64,000 bases of DNA from Neodothiora populina (lineage: Eukaryota): NCBI RefSeq assembly GCF_041146345.1, contig NW_027191411.1, positions 1,178,001 through 1,242,000 of the forward strand, written 5' to 3'. Made by a program: the position numbers and the translations under genes. How positions within the stretch are numbered: the first letter of the stretch is position 1; each line of letters begins with the position of its first letter. The notes below the pieces were generated by a model. That model was not told the DNA's origin. It made no database searches and was given only the letters and a program-made list of their open reading frames with translations. Positions 10,289 through 22,438 of this stretch are shown here, in pieces.

Positions 10289-11755
10289 GTGGAGTCAATC
10301 AAAACATGTCCTCGTGGCCACCAAATACAGTAACTATCTGCTACACTGAGAGCGATAGTGGCAACACATGCGCTTGGTTCCCACGATGAGACTGAGGTAG
10401 CGGTAGCATTGTCGCCCACCATGAGCGCGGGACAGCGTGCACACCAACGAAGCTTTGATCACTGCTCCGACCCGATTCTACGTGAGCTTGAAATTGTGTA
10501 GGAGTCGATCATGCGCGGCGCCAAGGACGAGATTCAGCATGTGCCGGTGGCACAAGAAGTTGTCGAGAGGTGGAAACAAGCTTGGAAGGAAGAAGAAGAC
10601 CGTATCCCACATCAGAAAAATATCCCATCCATGATTCATCCGCAGCGACAGAACCTTTTTCGCATTCACTAGGCACAGTTGGGTATCATTCATCTCGCAC
10701 AACTTCAAGACCATGCACCATCGGAGTTCATTCCAATCCCTCCATATGATATCCTTGCGGATGAGTACGACAACGAAGGCATGACGATGTGCTCGCCCCA
10801 CGATATCAATGATTACAACCAGCAACAGCAACAGCCACGAGGGGTTATTCCTCTCGAAATCGCGGGCTCGAAACCACAGCACAAGTCCCGAGTCAAGCGA
10901 GGAGGCTTTGGTACGAGACAAGACTGATAGAAGGAGAGAGTAATGTGATATCCCTTTTTCGGGTCATTCCATCTTTTTGTCTTCTCTTCTTCTTTTCCGA
11001 GAGAGGGAAACCAGACAAACATTTTTCGATATCTCTCTTATTTTTATTTTTCTTTCCTGTCGCAGCAATGGCTTCTTCAGACCCCCTCTTTTCTTCTTTT
11101 TCTTGTCTTTTTTTTGACATGTTTGGTTTCCTGGACTCAGTTATTGATGAGATACCTTACTACCAACTTCTCACCCTCTCTTGTAGAGGCCGCATCTTTT
11201 TGGTTTATTCTTTTGATTTAATTTCAGATATGGAATACCACGGCTCTTCTTCCCCTGACTCAATGCTCACTCAGACGATAGTCTTGCGAATTAGGCTCCT
11301 TGTTTCATTTCGTCTCGATCTCTGACCGATTTTGATCCAGCTGCGCGGATTGTGCCTGTCTGCCTTAACTTTCGGTGGAGATGAGATCAGAGACACGCGG
11401 TGGACATAATAGATCCCTCGTCTTTCTATTTGCTGCCGTACACTTTTTCTAAACTCTCTACGAATCTTTTGATTCGATCACACATAGGTCTTTTTTTCGT
11501 TCACTCAAGAACAGGCATTCACTTATTGTGGCTAATGTGTGTTTTCTGGAGTAGAGGATTTCGTGTCTTCGATTTCTTCCTTGCTTTTCCCTTACCTTCT
11601 TGTTCTCATCAATTCTATCTATACAGTACAAGCAGAGGTCAAGTAAATAAATTCTCCAGGCTCGAATATTCGTTCACGCACACAGACTCATCTACGCCCT
11701 TCAACTTCACGAAACATACATTAATCGCTTCGCTTTGTCTAAATCTTCTAGCAAT

Positions 11756-12912
11756 CTAGAACTTGAAGACCTGGTCTTTGGTGTAGCCGAGCTCGGACAG
11801 ATATCCGGCAAGCTCGCCCTGGTCCGAGGGACTCTTCTTGGTGCCGGAGATGGCCTTGTAGAGACCCGGAGGACCGCAGACGAAGACCTTGACGTTGTCC
11901 TCCTTGGGACCGGGAAGGACGGTCTTGAGGAGATCCTTGGAGATGTAGCCCTTTGCGCCGGGCCAGTTCTTAGGAGGGTTGTCGAGGAGGTAGAAAGCAC
12001 GGAAGCGCTGAGGGTACTTGTTCTCGAGATCCTCAAATTCGCGCTTGAGCAGGACATCCTCCTCGGAAACGTTGCCGTAGACGAGGGTGACGCTGGTCTT
12101 GTCGTTGGGGTTGTTGAAGATTGCGCGGGCGACCTGGTACATGGGGGTGATGCCAGTGCCACCAGCGATCAGAGCGACGTGGTTGTGCTTGTTCTCTTCC
12201 CAAGCGTACTTGGGGATGGGGCCCTTGAAGTCGAGTCTCTGTCCCGGGTTCATGTTGTGCATGTGCTCGGACATGGGTCCGTTGGGGTAGCGCTTGACGA
12301 GGAGATCGAGGTAACCGCGCTCACCTGCGAGGGAAGGGTCAGTGAAGTCAGATGGATCTTTACTATTTCTGCGGTCTCACCCTCGTCGCTGATGGGAGTG
12401 TATGGTCGAATCACGGGCTTCTCCATCTCGGGACCCTTGTACTTGGTGATGAGAGCGGAGGCAACGTTGAGGCCGGAGACGGCGTCCTCGTCGGGGAGAG
12501 AGAAACGGAACTTCTTGGTGTTGTGGTTGATCTCCTCGACCTCCTCGAGCTTCAAGCTAATGAAGCCCTGGTCTCCACCGGTGAAGGCCTTGCCGGAGGG
12601 TGAAGACTCGAGGATCTTGCCGCCCTGGTCCTTGGACTGGGGGGCCTTCTGGGCAGCGGGGGCGTCGCCGCTCATCAAATAGTAGCCGCCGACACCAGCG
12701 GCAGCGGCAATACCACCGAAGAGAAGGCCATTGCCGCCGCTCTTGCCTGCCTCAGTAGAGGCGTAACGGCGAATGTGCTGAAGGAGGAATGTCAGCCGAG
12801 GGGAACAGCAGCAATGGTCAATTGCAATGGATGAGAAGAGAGAGGAAGAAATTTAGTGTATACATACGCTCTGTGCGACCTTTGCAGGACGGAAAACTGA
12901 TCTGGCGAACAT
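11756..12912 (-). CDS. MCR1: Mitochondrial NADH-cytochrome b5 reductase; exons 12912-12868, 12777-12381, 12324-11756
   Basis: Presequence [22 protein letters not shown], hydrophobic sorting segment, [22 protein letters not shown]-terminal QVFKF. Canonical introns. Confidence 0.95.
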
Positions 12913-13745
12913 GGTGTATAAGATGTATAAAAGAGTTTCAGATATGGAAGATACACAAGAGAAGATGAAAGGGAAGAGACAAGGATAAGGTAAGTCCCAG
13001 GAAGGTACAGCAATGACAACTGGGAAGGCGCTGGGTGGGTGAGAGATCAAGTCGAGCTTACCTCATTCGATGCCTCGATGCATCCCGACAAATGACGAAA
13101 TCGGTCCGAGCTTCCGGGTGTTTGTACTTTATTCTACCTTACTCTTCTTTAGCTGACACCGTACACACGTTCGAAGACCCCAAGGACCAATTGGCTTTAG
13201 ATTGGTGGATGAAGCCGGATAAAAGGCAATCGGCTTTCCATTTGGACTGCTACAGACCTCAAAATCGATCCAGCATGATTGGCATAGCTTTGTTACACAG
13301 ATATCTACTAGTAGCGCGAACAGTCGTGCCGGCCGCTGTGACTACCTACTGTTCTACAGAGTACGCAGTCAAGTAGATGATATGACCCTCAGCTGAATAT
13401 CAGTTGGCGATTCTGCATGCATCGACTACCTTAGTGCTCAGTATCGCTCCCAAGTTACGGACCGGAGTAAGACTCGGATATGGACTGGGATGGAACTTGT
13501 AACGAAGTACGCCACGTGCGAGGTGCGAGGGGGGCACGCGTCTACCGGTGTTTACCGTGTCATCCATTCGCGGTTCAGATTCAGATACTGAGTCATGCAC
13601 CTGCCTGACACAACGAATAATAATTGCAGGTAGTTACCTTGCCCACGCAACTATGCATCCACTTCCTCCCTTTTGATATATGTACGACACTTATTGCAAT
13701 TCGCATCGAGGATTGCGTGCATGAACCACCATATACCTTGCTAGA

Positions 13746-16700
13746 ATGAGGCTCCGACTCGAGGTGGTCCGCTTCGGTCTACCGCCTGTCAAGCTGATAT
13801 GGAATGAAGAGCCAGAGCATACAGCTTCGGAACTACTGCAGCGCATAGATGCTATCTTCCCTTTAGAGACGGAGGAATGGGGATTTGATGAATATGCTGT
13901 TCGTCTCGGTGACTATGAGTTGCTACACTGGATGACGGTGGGAGATTGCTGCAAAGAGGATGACATGATAACGTACGAGAAAACCCTACTCACATTCGTC
14001 TTTGGTGTATGATGATATTTATCAGATCTGTTACAGCATCAAGCCTCTTTCAACCAACGAAATCCGAGCAAGGAAATTGACCGGTCGGCGCCAGATCACC
14101 TCGGACGGAAGGCATTTGGTCGATGGTATTGCTTTTGGCCGACCAAACCTACGCACACCTGCCAGACCCGACATTCGGATACCGCCGAGGAAACGCATCA
14201 GACTGGAGGACGGAGAAGCTCGAGCAGGGACGGAAGAAGATAATCATGACGATGACGACAACGACGACCCTGTTGCCACATCGCAGCATCTGGCTAAGAT
14301 CATGAGGTTTGTCAACGAGGCTCGCGATGAATGGGAACGTCAAGAACAGCTCCAGGTCGAGCCCGCACCTGGACGAGCAGGGATGGTGGAAGATGATCAT
14401 GACGATGACGACCACGACCCTGTTGCTGCCACATCGCAGCATCTGGCTGATATCATGAGGTCTGTCAATAAGCTTCGCGATGGCACGAAAGAGGATGCTC
14501 AGCACGAAAGCTGGTGCGCGTCAAGGCAGACAATGGACGTCTATGAATCACCAGATGCCACGACCAGAAAGATGATAGAAGGCTATAATCCGGCCGAACG
14601 GCTTCTTGGCCGTACCCAAAGCGGCGCTAAACATGTCTCCTTCCAAGATCGCCTGTCAGATCGCGCTTCCGAGTATGACGACGAAAACTACGAAGACGAT
14701 GACGACGAGGACGATGGTTTTGAACCTTCACTTCCTGATGAGATACTTGATGACGAGAGAGAAGATGACATGACAGACGGCGAGACAGATGAAGATGAAG
14801 ATGAAGACGAAGACGAAGACGAAGATGTTGCTGCCACAAGTAAAGTCGATGTAGTTCAAAGCGTCCCTCATACAGCTCCCGCCGACCGAACACTGCGTGC
14901 CAGCTCACCTTCGGAGTCATCTTCTGGGTCGACTTCATCATCGGACAGCTCTTCGAGCGACGACGACTCGGACTCCGATCGAGATAACAGATCAAGTTCA
15001 GACTTGGATTCTGGCTCTGAATCCGAATCCGAGTCGGAGTCGGATTCAGATTCTGACAGCGATGACGAAAGCATTGCGTCGAGTGAAGCAGGAAGCTCCT
15101 CCCCTAGTGAAGAACCAATTCAAAAGTCACAGCCAAATTCCGTGCCTTTCGAGGGCAAACTTGCGACCAAGCGACGAAACCACCGCCGTAGAGATGCCAA
15201 GAAGTTGAAGTACTTGCAGTCACAAGGAATCCTGCCTCCTACAGCCTCGAGAGCCGATTTCATCGCATGGTCCGAAAAGAACGAGATTCCTGCTGGTGCG
15301 CTCGATGCAGCTCCAGGTGAACAGTCTGGTATTACTCCCACTGCCGACGGACAACACCCAGTCAGCAAGCCATCGGTGGGGGAGTCATCTTCACCAGGAT
15401 CCAGTGCAAAGAGCAAGAAAGCAGACAAGCAGCGAAAGACCAACGACGACTTTGCCAAAGAATTCGAAAAACGCCGTGCAGCGCTCCTTGCCGCCATAGC
15501 GGGTGGTGGTGTCGATGTGCACGCACCCCTTGACGCTCCAGCCGAGAACGCGGACAAGACGGACGACACTACAGGAGGTGCGTCTACTGTGAACGCAGAG
15601 GAACCCGCAAGACGCAAGATTGACATTGACGCCTCACAACGTCTCCTCTTTGGCTCGCTTGGTGTACGTAGACCAAAGGATGCTGGCGATCGCCGAAAGC
15701 TCAGTGCCAAGCTCGCCTCACAAGGTCAACGCAAACCTCCAGTCGAGACCATTGGTGCCAGTCAGGGTCAAGCATCAGGGTCTGTTGACATCGAAGAGGC
15801 TGCGGAGGAGGAAGAAGACGATGACCCAAACCTGTGGAAGCGCAAGATCAACCTCTCTGCAGTGGAGTGTGTCCTCGAAAATGTAGAATATACACGACCA
15901 TCATTTCCGTTCCGTCAGCGCTGGGATCCTCAGATGCGCGACAAGAAGCGTCAACGCACTTCGCAGGCTTACACAGAGAATAAAAGGGCCAGTAAAGGGC
16001 GTCAGAGCTACGATGCAAATCACGGTCAAGTCGAATACTATGACTCTGTCGAAGGTGATGCCCTCGATTACGATGAGGGTGTGGATGCCAATGGCGGTAA
16101 TGGCTATGACGCGGGTAACGATCAAGCTTACTGGGACGAATCTCATAATCTTGGAGGCGAGATCTCGATGGGAGAGGGACAAGCAGCGAACGCAGAAGAG
16201 GCTGCTTCCGCGCAGCTCCTCCAGGAGACCTTCACATCAACAGCTTTGCCAGCCAAGTCCGGCTCATCCGAAGACGACCAGACAGACCTTCCTCTTCTGC
16301 CAGCGGATTACATCAACTTGCCCACTCTAGACAACTCGAACGCAAAACCCGGCGCCATCATCACATTTAGCAGACTTGAGGTGAGCGCCGCCACACAGTG
16401 GGCTCCAGCCATGTCTCCTGTGCGTGTGGCCCGTATCAGCGCCGTCCGTTGTGGGGATGATGAGGATCAGCATCGACAGCGCGCAGGCGAAATATGGCTG
16501 GACCTCGAATTGGCCAAGAGAGATGTCCCCGAGAAAACTTACGATGACATGGGAAGACGGACGCTCTCGGGCTTCGAGATGGACCTCGGGGACGATGAAG
16601 ACGATGGCTCGATCCTCGAGATTGCACTCGGGGAAATTGTCGAAGGAAGGATCATCGAGCCTGCGCCCTCGTCGTCGTCGGACGAGGCTGTCCCTGGAGC

Positions 16701-16800
16701 GACAGAGACGCCGAGTAACAAGGATGACCAGGTGGTTGCGATGGAAAGGAATGACGACAGCGCTAATGGCGTTGTGGTTGAGGAAACAGTGTCTGCTTGA
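13746..16800 (+). CDS. Probable coilin orthologue (Mug174-like); exons 13746-13972, 14037-16800
   Basis: N-terminal MRLRL domain, acidic/Ser tracts, basic KRRNHRRRDAKK, and C-terminal DYINLPTL..KPGAIITFSRLEV..QWAPAMS..RVARI resembling the coilin Tudor-like motif. Intron GTACGA..TTACAG keeps frame. Confidence 0.7.
14221..14482 (+). repeat. Intragenic direct duplication, period 153 bp (14221-14329 and 14374-14482)
   Basis: Two near-identical copies of cgagcaggga...catgacgatgacgac...gccacatcgcagcatctggct...atcatgagg...cgcgatg. Confidence 0.95.
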
Positions 16801-17854
16801 CCTTGTGCAGCTTTCAAGGGCTAGCTATGAACCACACCCAAACAACGGCTTAGTAGTAGTGCTAGTGTTCGAAAGAGCTATGAGCGATATTCCACTGTAG
16901 ACTTGGCACTGTATATCATAATTCCACTCAGTATCCACGAAAATAACAATGCCATGTCTAAATACATGATTGCGTCCGTGTCCATGTCACGTATCAGAGA
17001 ACCTCATCTGATAGTCTACGCATATTCGTCCCAAATCACTCAGATTGCAACAGGTCTCAGTTGGTGATAAAACATGCTCATCCATCCGCTTGACAATGGA
17101 AACATCCAACATCAATTTTCAGAGTCTAATTTCAACAGATACGAAAGTACAAATACCTGGGTGGCAAGTGTGACTTGAAAGCCAAACACCCAACATTGCC
17201 GCCTTTCGTCCAACGGTATATATGCTATCAGATACCACTGAGAACAGAGCGATGTCTTCCGCCCTCAACGAATCTAGCTCATCCGATCAGTCCAACAAAA
17301 CCTAGAACAAGAAACAGAGAACAAGGAGGGCAGGGAGGTGAAGTAGAATAGAATATAACGGCACTGCGTTTCGGCCAGGGTCTCCCTCGATCGCCGCACC
17401 CTCGTTTCAGATTTGCGTGGTAGTGATGTCCACACACGGGAAAAGAGAAAGTTGGAACCACACGTGGAACAAAGACAGAATAGATCTGAGTATGTGAAGA
17501 TGCAGACTCTTGCAGAGGAGTGCTTGTGCGGTCAGCGTGAGGGGGGAATACCCCCATATGTGAGTTACACAGAGGAAGGAATAGACCTGAGTTGTCAATA
17601 TCCAGACTTGTGCAGAGTGTGTTCTTGAGCCAAGCACGAGGGAGCGATACAGATGACGAACGTCTATTTGTTCATTCACTTCTTCAGCCTGTTTGGCTGT
17701 GTATAACGACACTATCGTGCATGTATCACATATCATCCGAAAAGCGAGCTCTTGGGAAAAATGGGGTGTATATCATGAAGATGGAGTGTTAACAAGTGAA
17801 GACGCGAAGTGACTTGAAATCAACGATATCGTGAAGATCGCGATTTAGACGCGG

Positions 17855-19799
17855 TCATTGATCGTCGTCGATGATGCTCGAATACAAGGCCTCGTCGACC
17901 TGGTGTCGATGGTAGCCTGGTGTGCGGCCTAGGCATTGCGCTGTCCTCGCGATCGCTAAAGAGTCTTGAGTCAGCTTCTTCGTAAGGGAATGAGTTATTG
18001 GGACTTGTATGCGTGGGTACGCATGCGTCTGAGACTAGTTTTGTGTGATGATTGAAGGACAAAGTCACTTACTAGTAATGAGTTTAGCCACGTCGATCGT
18101 GACTAACCTTGTACTCTGTGGCACTGGAATCGACGTGAGCGTGTGATTATTGTTGTTATCACTGATGTTGTCACTCTTGTTGTAATCCGCCGTCGAAGTA
18201 TAGTTCGTGCCATAGGTGAAGCCCATTTCGTTCGCTTGACCGCTCACATATGCCTGCGTCGCCTGCGGAACAAACCCTCCAGCCGCAGCCATATTCGTGT
18301 AGCCTGCAACCGGGAAGACCATACCCATACAGTTGATGTTATTGGCGTACTGGAAGCTCGGCGATGGTATGGTGGTGGTGGTGGTGGTGGTGGTGTACAT
18401 AGATTTATGCGTAGATGTGTCGCTACTCGTGGATTGGCCATCATAGAAAACACTTCCCGGACTGGAACTGCTTGTTTGTTGTGACGGTCGGCGATGATCG
18501 CCTACCTCATTCCCGGACTCGAATCCAGAAGGTGCGCCTACTGGTAAGTGTACATCTATGAATAACGCTTGAGGGTCGAGTTTGATGCCCTTGGTCGTGA
18601 GGTATCCTTCGACATCATGCGCGTCATACCATTCGCCTTGAAGCCCAGGGTCATTGCCAATCATCTGCAACATGGCGCTCTGCGAATCTAATGTTTCCAG
18701 AGCGGCCGCAGGTGTCAAACTAGGCGCCGATGTGAGACGTACATTCCATTGTTCGTCGTCTGGCCTAGTTTTCCAAGGTCCATTTCTAACCTCTCGACGT
18801 GGGAAATGGGTTCCTGCTCCGCCGACGTGGCTGAGAGGAAAATGCCAGAGCGACAACGGCTCATCCACACCTGCAGCGAGACTGGCCCGGAGCTGTTCTT
18901 GTACATGTTTGATGGAGGGAACCCACTTCATCCAATACTCGAAAATCCTCTGGAACTTTGCGGGAGCCCGGCCTGGGTTACAGGTAAGGCGGTACGCTAG
19001 TTCAGTACTCGCACGATGAAGACGTCTAGCGAATGATGTCTCATGGTAGCTGTAAGTAGAAGGAGCCTGTATTGACGCCGTCACGATCGGTGATTGATGA
19101 GGATCACCACTCCACAAGGCTTGAACATTTCCATCATTGAATTTCGGGACTTGCTGCGAGGCGAAAGCAGGGATCTGATGCGTGTGCGGCTGAAGCGAAG
19201 TCGTATTGTCGACCGCGCAGCCCAGATTCTGATCGAGGGAACCCTCAACTTTGGAGTTCAGCTCAGAAGTTTCAGGTATACCGCTTGAATGAGCCTCACA
19301 GAGGCTTGTTCGCCTCACGAAATCGTCGGCTGACGAGGTGGCAAGCTCGCGCGATGAATACAAGTTGCGAGTTACTTTCTTGTAGTGATTGATGAACTGC
19401 CGAAGTCCCTTTATGATGATAGATGACTCGGCCACGTGCCACGATTCATGGGCTGCAGTGAAGTCTTCGAGTGCCTTAGTCATAGACCATACAGTCTCCC
19501 GGAGATCTGATACCTGGCTGCGCAGGTCATCCAAAGTAGATTCTTTCCTCTGCCTGTATGCCCTCTGAGCCAGGCGAATTTGTGTACGACGACGCTAGTC
19601 GAGTTAGCTGACAGGAACACAAGAGGAGTTTGTCTCAACCATCCATCGGAGAAGGATTTCATACATCTGCAGCAGACGCCGCTTGACCGTCCAAACGAGG
19701 TCTGCCTTTTCTTTTACCATTGTCGTCGTCTTCTTCTCTATCCTCTGTACTAGTACGTGGCCGCTTCTTTCCCTTGCGGAACGACGAGTCCAAGTTCAT
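17855..19799 (-). CDS. Fungal bZIP transcription factor; exons 19799-19665, 19594-18073, 17955-17855
   Basis: Spliced basic region KRKGRPRL..AAD|RRRTQIRLAQRAYRQRKE followed by a heptad zipper. Conserved TYSYHETSFARRLHR and C-terminal CLGRTPGY. Branch sites GCTAAC and GCTGAC. Start codon tentative. Confidence 0.88.
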
Positions 19800-20503
19800 C
19801 TTCGAGACAGCATGAGTAGGGTAACAATTTGACTAGCAGTATATCTCGATTATGCCACGAAGCGGAGATAGTAGGGTGAACGATGCGAATCAAGCGGTGA
19901 AACGATGTCGCAACCACTCGTCCGCAGGTGAAACAGCTTCTGTCCTGATATCCCGAGATGCTATGTAGATTCAAGAGAACCCCTGCAGGTGCTAGGGTCA
20001 TCCACTTAGCTTTTCATATTATCTGAATAGGTCGCTGCGAATTGAAGCGCATGAGATGGGGTCGAAGTGTACGCACGTTGGTGATTACCGACCGAAGGGA
20101 TGCCATGGCGTTAGTTGCGGCTGATCGGAAGTGTATCTGGTTTAAGCTGTGCTAGCGGGGAACTGGGTTTCAGATCACTGGATCTGCACAATCCTACTCA
20201 GGTTTAGAACGAAATGAATCTACGAGCATAACGGACACAGAGCACATGGGTGCCGACCCTGACAATGGTACATGTATTCTAGATCCCAGAAACAGTGGCA
20301 CGACAAGTAGTAGTTTGATTTCGATACAATAACTAGCACTTGGGTAAACCTTGCATACGCCGGATTTACAATTCACACTGAAATCTGGGCTCAACGACAT
20401 GGGTTTTTGGAATCATAACAAAAGTTTGGATTGTACTCGCCAACATCTTTTGTTGTGTCCGAATGATCGTAAAGCATTATACTAAAGTGAAGGCTGCGTG
20501 CAT

Positions 20504-21624
20504 CTACAACTTAGAGATCTCCAGGACAGCCTTGCCAAAGTTCTTTCCGGAGAACAAGCCTAGCAGACCCTCGCCAGCATTGTCAATACCTTCGGTGACA
20601 CTCATCTGTGGCTTGTAGGTTCCTTCGTGGATCCACTTCTGTACGTTCTTCTGATGCTCCTGGGAGTACCTCGGGCCCATGTTCGCATCGCCGACAATGA
20701 AACCGCGGATCTTGAGGCGCTTGGCAACTACGTTCATAAGGTTGCGGATTGGGTACCTGTCATCGGCAGAAAGGTTGTACTGAGAAATCATTCCGCAGGC
20801 GATGATACGACCGTAGGTGTTCAGTGCATCGATGGCAGCCTCAAGCTGTTCACCACCGACATTTTCGTAGTAGATGTCGATACCGTCTGGTGCAAGTCTC
20901 TTCAGAGCATCACTGGCCTTCTCCTTCTTGTAGTTGAAAGCGGCATCAAACTTGAGCTCATTGACAATGAAGTCAAGCTTCTTGTCGTCGCCGACGGAGC
21001 CAACGACCTTGAGACCTTCGTGCTTGGCGAGTTGACCAACGAGTTGGCCAACAGCGCCAGATGCTGCACTGATGAAGATGGTCTCTCCCTTCTTGGGCTC
21101 ACCAATGTCGTAGAAACTGCTGTACGCAGTCAATCCAGGCATGCCAAGAGCGCCCAAGAATATCTTGATGTCGAGGTTGTAAGGGTTCTTGATCACCATG
21201 CCCGAATCTGCCAGGCCCTTGGGGATCGCGCTGTACTCCTCGGTGTTACCCATAAGGTAGATGACATCGCCAGACTTGAACTTCGGGTTGTCTGACTTCA
21301 GGACTGTGCGGATGCCGGAGTTTGTGACGGGCTCATTAAGGGCGAAAGGAGGAGAGTATGACTTGATACTAGCATCTCTCATACGACCGCGTTGGTACTG
21401 CGTAATGAATTAGTGTTGTTCATCGTCTTCATGTCGACGAGCCACCCTCAAGTAGTGATGATACGTACAGGATCGAAGCTGATGTAGTGGTTCTTGGTGG
21501 TGATGCCGCCGCTTGGAGGGGCTTGGTCGAGGTCGAACTCTCTGGTCTCGATTGTCAAATGCTCCCCAACCTTTGGCAAGGTCTCAGGGACCTTTTTGAA
21601 GATCAAAGCCTTGTTTTGGACCAT
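20504..21624 (-). CDS. NADP-dependent medium-chain oxidoreductase (prostaglandin/alkenal reductase family) with C-terminal SKL; exons 21624-21469, 21397-20504
   Basis: SFDP|YQRGRM, LGMPGLTAY, SAASGAVG, GIDIYYENVGG, CGMISQYN, GKNFGK. Intron GTACGT..CAG. Confidence 0.93.
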
Positions 21625-22438
21625 CTTGTATGTTCGAGTAGGTTGAACGCTAGAAGAATGTATCAAGATGTATGGCGGTAGAAAAGGCTTCGTTTGAGAG
21701 GTGGGAGAATGCAGAACTTTGTCACAGGCTCGACGAGAGAGGGGAAGATGACGAAATATTCTGCTGTGGATCGGGTTGTCGCACTTTATATGACTTACAG
21801 TGGACTCGTTCCGAGGTCTTCATCATGTTGAAGATCAATGGTCAGTAAGACCAGCATGCGGCCGCAGTTCTGCGACTAGTCGTCCATGGCTTGCATAGGT
21901 CGACAAAATCTCACCTGCATAAGGTGTGCTTTGTAATCTCACTTGTGACTACTCCAACTGGGAAATACAGCGAAGAAAACACTGTACCATAAGGTACGAC
22001 AGAGATCACAATGACAGCAATTTTTAAATCCGTTATCGATACTGACGTAATAGTGTAAATAGAGTCGCTGCGAACCTCGGCGACGGCTAGATCGCTGGAA
22101 GTGTGTGGAAACTCTCATGCGGTAATTCTTGCGAATACCCTGTTGTGAATGACTAAATTGCTTTTGGCTCAAGGTTACCTTTCGCTTCGTCGTAACACCA
22201 TGACGTTCATCTATCAGGACATGGTCTGCAAATCAGAAATGCAACTGCATTCAATGCTGTTCTCCAGATTGTCAGCTTACATTCAGGTTGTCCACAATCG
22301 CTTGCAGAACACCTTAGTACTTGTACAAGTACCATGGGCTTGGCACACCCCGCAGGTTCTTCACTCTGTCAACTTGTCATGTTGCAATACTTTGTGATAC
22401 CTTGACATGCAATCCTGCTCGTACGCAACCCCGGCACC

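Noticed and set aside
10945..11759. Phe/Leu/Ser-rich ORFs resembling membrane proteins
   Set aside because: By-product of T-rich sequence between convergent genes; near-cognate starts.
11735..12682. 315-aa plus-strand ORF
   Set aside because: Antisense to MCR1; explained by strong codon bias.
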